DNA from: Frankiales bacterium
Lineage (GTDB): Bacteria > Actinomycetota > Actinomycetes > JAFAQI01
Length of the DNA: 64,000 nucleotides
Direction of reading: 5' to 3'
Assembly (NCBI GenBank): GCA_025980325.1
Contig: JAICXQ010000001.1
Coordinates: 12,232 to 76,231, forward strand
The stretch's first letter is position 1, and every line of letters starts with the position of its first letter. Below the pieces are notes generated by a model that saw nothing but the letters and a program-made list of their open reading frames with translations, was not told the DNA's origin and did not search any database. The translations under genes and the position numbers were made by a program. This document shows, piece by piece, positions 27,119-37,353 of this stretch.

Positions 27119-28489
27119 ATGACGATCGACATCGAACACTGGCGGCAGCGGCTGGCCCTGCTCGCCGACAAGCACGGCGTCCCCGGCGCCTCGCTGGCCA
27201 TCCTCAACGACGGCGACGTCGCGGACGCGGCGTACGGCGTCCTGAACCTAAGAACCCGCACCAACACAACGACGGACTCGCTGTTCCAGATCGGCTCGAT
27301 CACCAAAGTCTGGACCGCAACGCTCGTCATGCAACTCGTCGACGACGGACTGCTCGATCTCGACGCACCGCTCGTCACGTACCTCCCGAAATTCAGAGTC
27401 GAAGATCCCGACGTCACAACAAGCGTCACCACCCGGCACCTGCTCGCGCACACCAGCGGTATCGACGGCGACCTGTTTCTCGACACCGGCCGCGGCGACG
27501 ATTGCATCGAGCGTCACGTCGACGCCTGCGCGACACTCGGCCAGAACCATCCACTCGGCGCCACGATGTCCTACTGCAACGCCGGCTACACGATGCTCGG
27601 CCGGCTCATCGAAGTCTTGCGCGGCGCTACCTGGGACGACGTGCTAAGGGAGCGGCTGCTCACGCCACTTCGCGCACGCACCGCCGGCACCCTGCCGGAA
27701 GAAGCCTTGCTGCACAGCGCCGCCGTCGGCCACATCACCCCGCCCGGCAAGGAAATCACCGTTGCTCCGCGATGGGGCATCTTCCGCTCCGCCGGCCCGG
27801 CCGGCCTCATCCACGCCACCGCCCGCGATGTGCTGACCTTCGCGCAACTGCACCTCGACGACGGTGCAACACGAGACGGCACGAGAGTGCTCTCGAAACA
27901 GAGCGCGCAACGAATGCGCGAGCCACAGGTCGCCGTGCCGGACACCTACACTCTCGGCTCGCATTGGGGCCTCGGCTGGATCCTGATCAATTGGAGCGGC
28001 CAAGACGTGTACGGCCACGACGGCAACACCATCGGCCAGAGCGCCTACTTGCGCATCGTCCCGGACAAGGGCGTCGCCGTCTGCCTGCTTACCAACGGCG
28101 GGCATGCAGCCGACCTGTTCCGCGACCTGTTCAACGAAGTGTTAGGCGAGCTCGCCGGCGTCCTACTCCCACCACGCCTCGAACCACCGGCGCAGCCACC
28201 CGACGTCGACCTCAACGCGTACGCCGGCCGCTACGCGCGGCAGAGCTTCGAGATCACGTTCGAGACCGCCGGCGACCATCTCCTCGCGCAGCCGAAGACG
28301 AGCGGCGAGCTGGCGGCAGCAATCAGCGCCGAACCACTGCCGCCGTACGAGGTCTATCCCGTGCAGGAAGACGTCTTCGTCGGCCGCAACGAGGACGGCG
28401 CGTCGTGGACGCCGTTCGTGTTCTTCACCCTCGACGGCGGCGCGCGTTACCTGCACATGGGTGCCCGCGCGACCCCAAAGGTCGGCTGA
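27119..28489 (+). CDS. Beta-lactamase-family serine hydrolase (class C beta-lactamase/D-aminopeptidase-like)
   Basis: SxxK motif SITK near the N-terminus; about 455 aa; the AGGAGCAGGG RBS precedes ATG 27119. Confidence 0.8.
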   Translation: MTIDIEHWRQRLALLADKHGVPGASLAILNDGDVADAAYGVLNLRTRTNTTTDSLFQIGSITKVWTATLVMQLVDDGLLDLDAPLVTYLPKFRVEDPDVTTSVTTRHLLAHTSGIDGDLFLDTGRGDDCIERHVDACATLGQNHPLGATMSYCNAGYTMLGRLIEVLRGATWDDVLRERLLTPLRARTAGTLPEEALLHSAAVGHITPPGKEITVAPRWGIFRSAGPAGLIHATARDVLTFAQLHLDDGATRDGTRVLSKQSAQRMREPQVAVPDTYTLGSHWGLGWILINWSGQDVYGHDGNTIGQSAYLRIVPDKGVAVCLLTNGGHAADLFRDLFNEVLGELAGVLLPPRLEPPAQPPDVDLNAYAGRYARQSFEITFETAGDHLLAQPKTSGELAAAISAEPLPPYEVYPVQEDVFVGRNEDGASWTPFVFFTLDGGARYLHMGARATPKVG

Positions 28490-28501
28490 AAGAAACGGAG
28501 C

Positions 28502-30097
28502 TCACAGCGACGGGATCTGGAACGAGTTCCCGACGTACTTCGTGCACGTGCAGCTGTTGTCCCACTTGAAGTTCCAGCCGACCTGTACACCGTCGTGGCG
28601 GCTCGGCCCGTAGTACTCCTGCAGGAAACCCACGGACGGGTAGTTCAGCCCTGTGTTCTGCAGCGCCGCCGTGACCGTGTTGCGGGTGATCGACGGTCCG
28701 GCGTGCTCGACTCCCCACTTGAGCAGATACAGCGTGTCGCAATACCCGATCGCGATTCCAGCCGCGTTGGGCTGGCTGGCGAGCGACTGACCTGTCCGCT
28801 TGTCGATCATGTCGAGGCACGCCTTCATCCGCGGCGGCTCATACTTTGCCGCGTTCGACGGGGTCAGGTCGATGTCGGGGCTCCACCCGAATCCGACCGC
28901 GCCGTTGAGCTGTGACGCGTCGACGTCTCCGCCCGACTCGACCGTCTGAGTACCGGATCCGGACTCCAGCCCGTAGCGCGGGTGATACTGCTGGCCCTGG
29001 GCGGCCCGGCTGAAGAAGATGAGCAGGATCCCGTTCGCATCCAACAGGATCACGTGGTTCACACCGTCCTGGCGGAACTTCAGCTCGGCGTTGCCGACCG
29101 CGCTGACGACGCCCTGCTCGTCGGACGTGCTGTTGGGCCACGCCACCTTGATGACGTCGCCGGGATCCACCGGATGGCCCTGCGCGTTCAACCCGGCGAG
29201 CAGCCGGTTGAGCGGGCGGTTCCACTCCGGCTTGTCGTAGGTGAGCACGCCGATCTTCGTCGTCGCCGCCGGCGACGCCTGGCCGAGGTTCGCGTCCCAG
29301 CCGCTGTAGTAACCCATCGTCGCGAGGCTGCGGGGGAGTTGCTGGAACAGCCGGTCGGTCGTCAGCGTGCCGGCCTCGAAGTAGTACGGGAACTGCTGCA
29401 GCACGCCCTGATCCGGATAGAGGATCGTGCCGGAGTTGAAGTTCATCGCGCCGGCGTTTTCCATGCACGCGAGGAAGTTGTCGGTGAGTCCCTTGTCCAT
29501 TGCCGCGAAGACGTGGTTGTCCTGCGTATAGGTCGCGCACGCCTGCTGATCCATGTCCGAGTACGTGTCCGACGACGCGGCGTTGAGCGCGTGCCAGACC
29601 GGCACCAGCGTGCGCCCCGCGACCCCGCCGTGGGCGTTGATGTCGTCGACGACCGCCTTGGCGTCGGCCTGCGGATCTCCTTGCGAGATGCCGGTCGCGC
29701 CAATGGCCGCGTTCGCGGCGTCACCGTTGGTCTCGTAAGTGATGCCGACGTAGATCTTGGTGGGTGTGACGCCGACGCCTTCCGGAACGCCGTTGACGAG
29801 ATGCGTCCCCGGCGGCTGTCCCGCCGGCACGCCCGCACTACCGGTCGGCGTGAAGCCGCCCGGACCGGTGCCGGGCACCGACCCGGGCGCGGTCCCGCCC
29901 GGCCCGACGCCGGGCGCGCCGCCGTTCGGGCCGGTGGTCGGGACGCTGAGTCCCTGACTGTTGTTGGCAGATCCCTGCGGCGCACCGTTCGCGCCCAGGC
30001 CTTGCACGGTCGAGCCGCATCCGGCGAGCAGTACGACGGCGGCGACCGCGAGCAGCGGTCCTCGTGCGTGCGGTGGTTTCATCCGGCTCGGCCTCAT
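28502..30097 (-). CDS. Lipoprotein, type I periplasmic solute-binding protein (LivJ/amide-binding-like) of an ABC transporter
   Basis: Signal peptide with an LLAGCGS lipobox, a Gly/Pro-rich linker, then a roughly 400-aa periplasmic-binding-protein-like domain. Confidence 0.7.
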   Translation of the reverse strand: MRPSRMKPPHARGPLLAVAAVVLLAGCGSTVQGLGANGAPQGSANNSQGLSVPTTGPNGGAPGVGPGGTAPGSVPGTGPGGFTPTGSAGVPAGQPPGTHLVNGVPEGVGVTPTKIYVGITYETNGDAANAAIGATGISQGDPQADAKAVVDDINAHGGVAGRTLVPVWHALNAASSDTYSDMDQQACATYTQDNHVFAAMDKGLTDNFLACMENAGAMNFNSGTILYPDQGVLQQFPYYFEAGTLTTDRLFQQLPRSLATMGYYSGWDANLGQASPAATTKIGVLTYDKPEWNRPLNRLLAGLNAQGHPVDPGDVIKVAWPNSTSDEQGVVSAVGNAELKFRQDGVNHVILLDANGILLIFFSRAAQGQQYHPRYGLESGSGTQTVESGGDVDASQLNGAVGFGWSPDIDLTPSNAAKYEPPRMKACLDMIDKRTGQSLASQPNAAGIAIGYCDTLYLLKWGVEHAGPSITRNTVTAALQNTGLNYPSVGFLQEYYGPSRHDGVQVGWNFKWDNSCTCTKYVGNSFQIPSL

Positions 30098-30103
30098 TCC
30101 GGG

Positions 30104-31507
30104 TTACGCCTCGACCAGCGAGTCCGCGACTCTCGACGCCAGCCGACCTCCGAGATGTACCCCGGCCACGTGCCCGGATGCGTCGCGAGTGAAGTAACCG
30201 CGCATCCCCTGCGCGGGACCGTCCGGCACGACGTACGGGTCGCCGTCGCCGGCGATGATCGCGAGCGGGATCGGCGGCTGCTCGTCGGGAACGTCCTCGC
30301 CCTGCTCGCGCAGGACCGCCGCCATCGCCGGCTTGATCGTGACCTTGGCCGACAGGCGGCCGCCCTCGACGGTGATGTCGACCGTCGCGGCGATCGTCTC
30401 GAAGCTGCCGGCGTACTGCGCCAACGCGTCCTCGCCGAGCGAGAGCTGTTCCGGCTCGACACCGACGACGCCGAGGAAGTGTTCGAGCGCCCACTTCTCC
30501 AGCTGGTCGTTGAGCTGGTGGCCGTTCGGGCCGCAGTTCGTCATCGAGATGTAGGCGAACCCGCGTTCCGGCACCATCGTGAAGTTCGAGTACTGGCCGT
30601 TCGTCGTGCCGCCATGCCCGACGAGCCGTACGCCGGCGACGTCCTTCAGCAGCCAGCTGATCCCGACGTAGTCGCCGAGGGCACTGCCCTGCATCGACAT
30701 CGTCGGCTGCTTCATCAGGTCGAGCAGCTCCGTCGACAGCAGCCGGGTGCCGTCCGGCGCGGTGCCGTCGCCCAAGTGGAACTTCGCCCACGCGATCTGG
30801 TCGCGTGCGTTCGCCGACATCCCGCCCGCGGGTGCGTTGCCGCGCGGCAGCGCCCACGGCCTGGCGATGGTGATGCTGCCGTCGTCCTCGTCGCGGCGGT
30901 GCCCGACGGCGAAGCGGCGGGTCATGATCTCGTTCGGGAAGAAGAACGTGTGGTCCATCCCGAGCGGCTCGAGCAGCAGGTCGCGGATCGCTTTCTCGTA
31001 TGTCGTTCCTTGGATCCGCGCGATGATGTGGCCGGCCACGGACAGCGACGCGTTGTTGTACGACACGGTCGCGCCGAGCGGGGTGACCTGTTGCAGCCGC
31101 GCCATCTGCGCGACGTACTTCTCGAGCGCGTCGTCACCGTTGCCGGTGTCGTCCATCATGTCGCCTTCCCAACCAGCGGTGTGGTTGAGCAGCTGCAGCA
31201 CGGTGACCTTCGCGGCGACGTCCTCGTCGCGCAGCGTGAACTCCGGCAGGTACGTGCGCACCGGCTCGTCGAGGGCGAGCTTGCCCTGATCCACGAGTCG
31301 CATGACGGCGGTCGCGGTGTACGTCTTGCCCGTCGAGCCGAACTGGAACAACGTCGTCTCGTCGACCGGCAACGGGTTCTCGACGCTGGTGACGCCGTGG
31401 AACGCGTAGTGCTCCTCGCCGTCGACGAGGACACCGACCGAGACGCCGGGGACGTCGAGCTCGGTGGCGAGCTCGGTGAGTTTGCGTTGCAGCTCTTCGG
31501 TGCTCAT
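30104..31507 (-). CDS. Beta-lactamase-family serine hydrolase (second copy)
   Basis: SxxK motif STGK at about aa 58; about 467 aa. Lies 7 nt upstream of the solute-binding-protein gene on the same strand. Confidence 0.85.
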   Translation of the reverse strand: MSTEELQRKLTELATELDVPGVSVGVLVDGEEHYAFHGVTSVENPLPVDETTLFQFGSTGKTYTATAVMRLVDQGKLALDEPVRTYLPEFTLRDEDVAAKVTVLQLLNHTAGWEGDMMDDTGNGDDALEKYVAQMARLQQVTPLGATVSYNNASLSVAGHIIARIQGTTYEKAIRDLLLEPLGMDHTFFFPNEIMTRRFAVGHRRDEDDGSITIARPWALPRGNAPAGGMSANARDQIAWAKFHLGDGTAPDGTRLLSTELLDLMKQPTMSMQGSALGDYVGISWLLKDVAGVRLVGHGGTTNGQYSNFTMVPERGFAYISMTNCGPNGHQLNDQLEKWALEHFLGVVGVEPEQLSLGEDALAQYAGSFETIAATVDITVEGGRLSAKVTIKPAMAAVLREQGEDVPDEQPPIPLAIIAGDGDPYVVPDGPAQGMRGYFTRDASGHVAGVHLGGRLASRVADSLVEA

Positions 31508-31519
31508 CGGTCTGTCCTC

Positions 31520-33121
31520 TCAGGCGCCGCGGCGCAGCCGCCGGCCGGGTCGTTCGGATGTGACTTCGTTGTCGCGTACGACGACCCTGCCGTTGACGAC
31601 GACATGCCGCATGCCGGCCGCGTACCGGTGCGGGTTCTCGTACGTCGCCCGGTCGATGACCTCGTCCGGGTCGAAGACCGCGATGTCGGCGAACCGGCCG
31701 GGCTCCAGCTGGCCGCGATCGACGAGGCCGAAGTTGTCGGCGGGCAGGCTCGTCATCCGCCGTACGGCGTCGGGCAGCGGGACGAGACCCTCGTCGCGGC
31801 AGTAGTGGCCGAGGAATCTGGCGAACGTGCCGTAGGTGCGCGGGTGCGTCGCGGCGTCGGTGAACGGCGGCTCGGCCGGATGCGCCTCCGCATCCGAGCC
31901 GATCGACACCCACGGCTGGGACAGGCCGAGCCGGACGTTGTCCTCGTCCATCAGGAAGTAGAGCGCGCCCTGGCCGGGATCGCGTGCGACCAGTTCGAGC
32001 AACGCATCCGCGGGGTCGAGGTCGAGCTCGGCGGCGACCTCGTCGAGCCGCTTGCCGGCCGCGCGCGTGCCGTCGGCGAGGTCGGTGACGAACATGATCC
32101 CGTGGCCAAAGCCGGCGCCGTAGAAGAGGTTCTCGAACTCGTCCGACGGCTCGCGCATCGCCGCTGCCATCTGGATGCGTAGCTGCGGATCGCGGAGTCG
32201 CTCGACCAGCGCGGCCGGCCCGCCGACGTGGAACTGCGGCGGGATGGACGCCGCCAGCGCAGTCCCGCCGGCGGTGTACGGGTACATGTTCGCGGCGACC
32301 GGCTGCCCCGCCGCACGCGCTTGATCGATGCGCTCGATCGCGAGCTTCATCTTCGGCCAGTTGTCCTGCCCCGCCGCCTTGAGATGCCAGACCTCGGTAC
32401 GGCACGCCGCCTCGATGCCGATCGTCAGCAGTTCTTCGAGGCACTCGAGGAACTGGTCGCCCTCGCTGCGCATGTGCGAGATGTACGTGCCGCCATGACG
32501 GCCGACGACGGTCGAGAGCGCGATCAGCTCGTCGGTCCGGGCGAACCGGCCGGGTGGGTAGATCAGCGCGGTGCCGATGCCGAGCGCGCCGTCGGCCATC
32601 TCCTCGTCGACGAGCGCGCGCAACCGGTCGAGCTCGGCTCGTTCGAGTGGCCGGTCGTCGAAGCCGGCGCCGATGACGCGCAGGTTCACGCCGCCGATGA
32701 AGCTGGCCACGTTCGGCGCGACGCCGAGCCGTTCGAGATGGTCGAGACCCTCCGACAGCCGGTCGAACTCGACCTGCGCGCTCTCGCCGAGCCCGGCCCA
32801 CGGCCGCATCGCCTCGGTCAGCCGGCCGTCGGACGGGCCGAGCGAGAACGACTCGCCGAACACCTCCGTGGTGACGCCCTGAATGAGCTCGGAGGCGCCG
32901 CTGCCGTCTCGTTGCAGGCTTCCCCACGCGTGACTCAGCACGTTGACGAAGCCCGGCGCGACGACCAGGCCGGTGGCGTCGAGCTCGACCGCATCGACCG
33001 TGCCCTCGATCGCGCCGACGGTGACGATGCGGTCGCCGTCGACCGCGACGTCTGCTTGCCGCGCCGGCACCCCCGTGCCGTCGACGACCGTGCCGCCGCG
33101 GATGACGAGGGTGGCGGGCAT
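31520..33121 (-). CDS. Amidohydrolase family, N-acyl-D-amino-acid deacylase (D-aminoacylase)-like
   Basis: N-terminus IRGGTVVDGTG...VVAPGFVN is typical of D-aminoacylase/amidohydrolase-3 enzymes; 533 aa. Confidence 0.7.
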   Translation of the reverse strand: MPATLVIRGGTVVDGTGVPARQADVAVDGDRIVTVGAIEGTVDAVELDATGLVVAPGFVNVLSHAWGSLQRDGSGASELIQGVTTEVFGESFSLGPSDGRLTEAMRPWAGLGESAQVEFDRLSEGLDHLERLGVAPNVASFIGGVNLRVIGAGFDDRPLERAELDRLRALVDEEMADGALGIGTALIYPPGRFARTDELIALSTVVGRHGGTYISHMRSEGDQFLECLEELLTIGIEAACRTEVWHLKAAGQDNWPKMKLAIERIDQARAAGQPVAANMYPYTAGGTALAASIPPQFHVGGPAALVERLRDPQLRIQMAAAMREPSDEFENLFYGAGFGHGIMFVTDLADGTRAAGKRLDEVAAELDLDPADALLELVARDPGQGALYFLMDEDNVRLGLSQPWVSIGSDAEAHPAEPPFTDAATHPRTYGTFARFLGHYCRDEGLVPLPDAVRRMTSLPADNFGLVDRGQLEPGRFADIAVFDPDEVIDRATYENPHRYAAGMRHVVVNGRVVVRDNEVTSERPGRRLRRGA

Positions 33122-33233
33122 GCCGCCAGTCTCCGTTCAGTCCGCCCCGCGCGGCATGGTGCAGGCGGCACAACGCCGGGCCGCCGGATTGTGGTCGCCG
33201 ACATCGCCGGTCGGATACTGCGTTACGCCCGCC

Positions 33234-33575
33234 TCAGCGCCGGCGCGCGAGCGTCGCGCGCCCGTTGCGGATGTCCTCGCTGAGGGCGATGGCATCGCGG
33301 ACGAGCGTCTCGACCGCGTCGCGATGCTCGGCATCCCAGCGGCGGCCGAGGTGGATGCTCCACCCGCCGACGGCCATGCCGATCACGGCGAGACCGAGCA
33401 GCCCGCCCGAGACGAACCACGGCAGCTGCAACGGCACGTACGGCGTGCCCGCCGCGCCATGCCAGCCGACGCCGAGCATGACGAACCCGCCGGCCGCGAG
33501 CGCGACGAGGACCACGACGGCCTGGACGCCCGCGTCCCGCAACGCGATCCGCAACGCGCGAAGACGCCGTCTCAT
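33234..33575 (-). CDS. Small membrane protein (paralog B)
   Basis: Two TM helices (GGFVMLGVGWHG...LLGLAVIGMAVGGW). Its ATG overlaps the stop of paralog A (ATGA). Confidence 0.4.
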   Translation of the reverse strand: MRRRLRALRIALRDAGVQAVVVLVALAAGGFVMLGVGWHGAAGTPYVPLQLPWFVSGGLLGLAVIGMAVGGWSIHLGRRWDAEHRDAVETLVRDAIALSEDIRNGRATLARRR

Positions 33576-33940
33576 CGCAAGGTCCGCCGCAACTCGCCCA
33601 ACGCCTCGGACAGCGCCTCCGTCTGCCGGGCCCGCGCCGCCGCGTCCTGCCGCCGCGCGCTGACGTTGACGATCACGAGGCCCGTCATCACGAGGCCGAG
33701 GCCGGGCAAGCCGGCGGAGAGCAGGTACGGCATCTGCTGCCAGACCTCGGTGAGCCCGGCCACCTTCGCCCACCCGATGCCCATGAGCGTGAAGCCGATC
33801 GCCGCGACGGCGACGCCGATCAGCGTCGGCAGCAGCGAGGCGGGGTCGGTGAGCATCCGCCACCGCCCGCGGCGCCCGCCGTCGTCGATCCCGAGGGTGT
33901 CGTTCTCGCGCGGCTCCGACATGAGGCTGGCGTTCGTCAT
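33572..33940 (-). CDS. Small membrane protein (paralog A)
   Basis: Similar two-TM layout (GFTLMGIGWAKVAG...GLGLVMTGLVIV). Its start overlaps the M20 peptidase stop. Confidence 0.45.
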   Translation of the reverse strand: MTNASLMSEPRENDTLGIDDGGRRGRWRMLTDPASLLPTLIGVAVAAIGFTLMGIGWAKVAGLTEVWQQMPYLLSAGLPGLGLVMTGLVIVNVSARRQDAAARARQTEALSEALGELRRTLR

Positions 33941-35040
33941 GGGGTGTCCTCCAGCAGATCACGTACGAGAGCAGCGACGAGCGCGGCGCGTTGCGCCATC
34001 GCGGAGATCGAGGCCCATTCACCTTCCGCGTGCGCGTTGCCGCCGACCGCGCCGAGCCCGTCGAGCGTCGGTACGCCGAGGCCGCCGGTGATGTTGCCGT
34101 CCGACCCGCCGCCGACCGCGACGCCGGCGAGCTCATCGAGCCTGGCGCCGGCGGCGAGCCGTTGCGCGCGGGCGAAAAGCTCGGCCGACATCGACCGCTC
34201 GAGTGGCTGCCGAGACGATCGGGTCACCAGCTTCAACGACGCACCGGGCAGCTGCGGCGACAGCGATTCGAGCGCCTGCTCGACCCGTTGCATCTCGGCG
34301 ACCGTCTCGGCCCGTACGTCGATCGCGACGCTCGCGTTCGCCGGAACGGTGTTGACCGTCGTACCGCTCGTGACGACGGTCGGCGTGACGGTGGTGCCGG
34401 CATCGGCGCGGCCAAGGCCGGCCGCGGCGAGGATGACGTGCGCGGCCTCGACCGACGCGTTGATGCCGTTGTGCGGCTCGAGGCCGGCGTGCGCCGCGCG
34501 GCCGAGTACGTCGATCCGGAACATGCCGACGCCCTTGCGCGCGATCTTCAGCGCGCCGTCTGCGCTCGGTTCGAGGACGAGCACCGCGTTCGCGTCGCGG
34601 CAGGTGTCCTCGATCAGCGCCTGCCCGTTCGTCGAGCCGATCTCTTCGTCACTGGTGACGACGATCGCGATCCCGTCACGGTCGGTCAGCGACTGCACCG
34701 CGGCGAACAACTGCACGAGGCCGGCCTTCATGTCGAACACGCCCGGGCCGGTCATCGTGTCGCCGTCGACGGCGAACGGCCACCGGGCAAGAGTGCCGAT
34801 CGGCCACACGGTGTCGAGGTGCCCGAGCAGCACGACGCGCGGCGAGCCCGCCTTGCCGAACTGCCAGAGCAGGTGCGCGCGCCCGTCGATGTCGACCCGT
34901 TCGGCGGGCAGCGCCAGCCGGTGTTGCCCGACCTCGGCGACGACGTCGGCACAGCGGGTGACCGCGGCGAGGTCGTCCGACGGCGACTCGCACGCGACGA
35001 TCGCGGCGACGTCGTCGAGCAGCCCGCCCGCCGACGTCAT
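33937..35040 (-). CDS. M20-family metallopeptidase (carboxypeptidase G2/ArgE-like)
   Basis: Motifs LLGHLDTVWP and GVFDMKAG with a dimerisation-domain-like middle; 368 aa. Confidence 0.8.
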   Translation of the reverse strand: MTSAGGLLDDVAAIVACESPSDDLAAVTRCADVVAEVGQHRLALPAERVDIDGRAHLLWQFGKAGSPRVVLLGHLDTVWPIGTLARWPFAVDGDTMTGPGVFDMKAGLVQLFAAVQSLTDRDGIAIVVTSDEEIGSTNGQALIEDTCRDANAVLVLEPSADGALKIARKGVGMFRIDVLGRAAHAGLEPHNGINASVEAAHVILAAAGLGRADAGTTVTPTVVTSGTTVNTVPANASVAIDVRAETVAEMQRVEQALESLSPQLPGASLKLVTRSSRQPLERSMSAELFARAQRLAAGARLDELAGVAVGGGSDGNITGGLGVPTLDGLGAVGGNAHAEGEWASISAMAQRAALVAALVRDLLEDTP

Positions 35041-36035
35041 GACGACGCCTTTCGCGGAGTCGCGTCGCGGGTGAACAGCCGGGCGAAGAAGACGACCCCG
35101 GCGAGCAGCGCGAGCGGTGCGAGGAACGCGGCCGGGTTCTGGATCGGACCCGCGAACGCGACCGGTCGCTGCGCAAGCGGTGCTGCCGCCGGCGACTGCG
35201 GCGCGACGACCGGTGCGGGCACCGGCGCCGGCGACGCGGATGCCGGCAATGGCACCGGCGGTACGGTCACCGGCGCAGGTTGTGGCGGGACGAAAATCGG
35301 TGCGCCGCCCGGTATTCCGAAACCGGCGTCCGGTGCGGGCGCGCGGTAGCTGATCGTCGACGTCACGGGCTTCGCGCCGGACTGCTTGCGACCCTCGATC
35401 GTGACGTGCCACGCGTCGGTCTGGCCGACCTCGCTCTGGTTCGGCACGAGGGCGATGCCGAGCTGCTGCTTGCCGGCGTTCCATGCCTGCAGGAACGTCG
35501 TGAGGTCGAGGGTGAACGCGGCGCTCTTCGCGTCGTACACCGGCTTCGCCGACGTGGTGCAGTCGGTCGCCGGGGGCTTCGTCGGCGAACCTTGAGTGCC
35601 GTCGCTGAACGGTGCGGTGACCAGGCAGGCGAGGATCTTCGTGCTTGCCACCGACAACGAGCCGTCGGTGTTCGCGGTGTCGACGTGCAGCGTCATCGTT
35701 CCGCTCAGCAGGGTGGCGCCGAAGGGCAGCCGGCTCAGGTCGGGTTGCAGGTAGCTGCGCGCGGTCTCCTGGCCGCTCGCGACGCCGACGTGCAGGCTGC
35801 CGGCGGGGTACGGCGAGGTCGGGACCTGTTGCGGCGGGCAACCGAGTGGGGTCGAGCACACGTCGATCGGGGCCGACGCGTACCACGCCTCGGCGATGTC
35901 GCCGACGGTCGCCGACGGGTCGGCGGCGTGCGCGGAGCCGACGAGCAGCCCACCGAGCGGTACGGCGACGGCGACGGCCAGCAGCGCAGCGCGTTGCCCG
36001 CTACGCCGCCTGCTCACGCCCGCTGGTTTCGCCAT
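35037..36035 (-). CDS. Secreted Pro-rich protein with a C-terminal hydrophobic anchor
   Basis: Signal peptide MAKPAGVSRRRSGQRAALLAVAVAVPLGGLLVGSAHA, a Pro-rich C-terminal region, then a TM segment plus basic tail. Confidence 0.55.
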   Translation of the reverse strand: MAKPAGVSRRRSGQRAALLAVAVAVPLGGLLVGSAHAADPSATVGDIAEAWYASAPIDVCSTPLGCPPQQVPTSPYPAGSLHVGVASGQETARSYLQPDLSRLPFGATLLSGTMTLHVDTANTDGSLSVASTKILACLVTAPFSDGTQGSPTKPPATDCTTSAKPVYDAKSAAFTLDLTTFLQAWNAGKQQLGIALVPNQSEVGQTDAWHVTIEGRKQSGAKPVTSTISYRAPAPDAGFGIPGGAPIFVPPQPAPVTVPPVPLPASASPAPVPAPVVAPQSPAAAPLAQRPVAFAGPIQNPAAFLAPLALLAGVVFFARLFTRDATPRKASS

Positions 36036-36183
36036 CTGCCCGGGTGGTCCTGCCCTTCGCTCGGGTGCGTCCAGCATCGCGCGCTCATGATCACGCGGCA
36101 TCGTCGGCCGGTACCAACCGGCGGCGCACGCCTCGTGGCAGCGGATGAGGTTTCCGTCCGCCCGCCGGCACTAGTGTCGCGTC

Positions 36184-37290
36184 GTGAAGCTGACGGCCGT
36201 CGAGCTGCGGCGTATCTCGCTCCCCTTGGTCGCACCGTTCCGTACGTCGTTCGGCACCGAGACGACGAAGGACGCGCTGCTCGTCCGGGCCGTCACTCCG
36301 GACGGCGAGGGGTGGGGCGAGTGCGTCGCGATGGGCGCACCGCTCTACTCGTCCGAGTACATCGACGCGGCGGAGGATGTCGTCCGCCGGTTCCTGCTGC
36401 CGCGGCTGTTCGCGGCGGGCGACGTGACGGCCGGTCAGGTCGCGCACCTGCTCGCGCCGATCAAAGGCCATCCGATGGCGAAGGCGGCCCTGGAGATGGC
36501 GCTGCTCGACGCCGAGTTGCGCGCCGCCGGGCAGTCACTCGCGACATTCTTCGGTGCGGTGCGCGACCGCGTTCCGTCCGGTGTGTCGGTCGGGATCATG
36601 GACACGATCGCGCAGCTGCTCGACGTCGTCGGCGGCTACCTCGCGGAGGGCTACGTCCGGATCAAGCTGAAGATCGAGCCGGGCTGGGACGTCGAGCCGG
36701 TCCGCGCGGTGCGGGAGCGGTTCGGCGACGAGTTGCTGTTGCAGGTCGACGCGAACACCGCGTACACCCTCGGTGACGCTCGCCGGCTGGCCGAGCTCGA
36801 TCCGTTCGGCTTGTTGCTGATCGAGCAGCCGTTGGCCGAGGACGACCTGCGCGGGCACGCCGAGCTCGCGAAGCGCATCGCGACTCCGGTGTGTCTCGAC
36901 GAGTCGGTGACGTCGGCGCGGGCGGCGGCGGACGCGATCGCGCTCGGCGCCTGCCAGATCATCAACGTGAAGCCCGGACGGGTCGGCGGCTACCTGGAGG
37001 CGCGCAGGATCGCCGCCGTCGCCGCGGCCAACGGGGTGCCGGTGTGGTGCGGCGGGATGCTCGAGACCGGCATCGGCCGCGGCGCGAACGCCGCGCTGGC
37101 GGCCGGCCCGGAGTTCACGCTGCCGGGTGACGTGTCGGCCTCCGGGCGGTTCTATGCGCGCGACATCACCGAGCCGTTCGTCCTCGACGACGGGCACATC
37201 CGGGTGCCGACCGGGCCCGGCATCGGGGTGGACGTTCTCGCCGACGTGCTGGCCGACGTGACGACCGCGGTGGAGACGGTCCGGGGTTGA
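36184..37290 (+). CDS. Enolase-superfamily enzyme: o-succinylbenzoate synthase / N-succinyl(acyl)amino acid racemase-like
   Basis: Motifs KIK...D (VRIKLKIEPGWD), VDAN, LIEQP and LDES are typical of OSBS/NSAR members; 368 aa. Confidence 0.85.
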   Translation: MKLTAVELRRISLPLVAPFRTSFGTETTKDALLVRAVTPDGEGWGECVAMGAPLYSSEYIDAAEDVVRRFLLPRLFAAGDVTAGQVAHLLAPIKGHPMAKAALEMALLDAELRAAGQSLATFFGAVRDRVPSGVSVGIMDTIAQLLDVVGGYLAEGYVRIKLKIEPGWDVEPVRAVRERFGDELLLQVDANTAYTLGDARRLAELDPFGLLLIEQPLAEDDLRGHAELAKRIATPVCLDESVTSARAAADAIALGACQIINVKPGRVGGYLEARRIAAVAAANGVPVWCGGMLETGIGRGANAALAAGPEFTLPGDVSASGRFYARDITEPFVLDDGHIRVPTGPGIGVDVLADVLADVTTAVETVRG

Positions 37291-37353
37291 CGCGGCCCAG
37301 CAGGGTGGCCCGGGCTTCGTGATCATGGCGTTGGACGGCAGCGAACGCCATGA

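Noticed and set aside
29838-33173. Arg-rich ORFs 29838-30857(-), 31134-33173(-) and 28982-32182(+)
   Set aside because: Alternative frames or the opposite strand of the solute-binding-protein, serine hydrolase and D-aminoacylase genes; compositionally non-protein-like.
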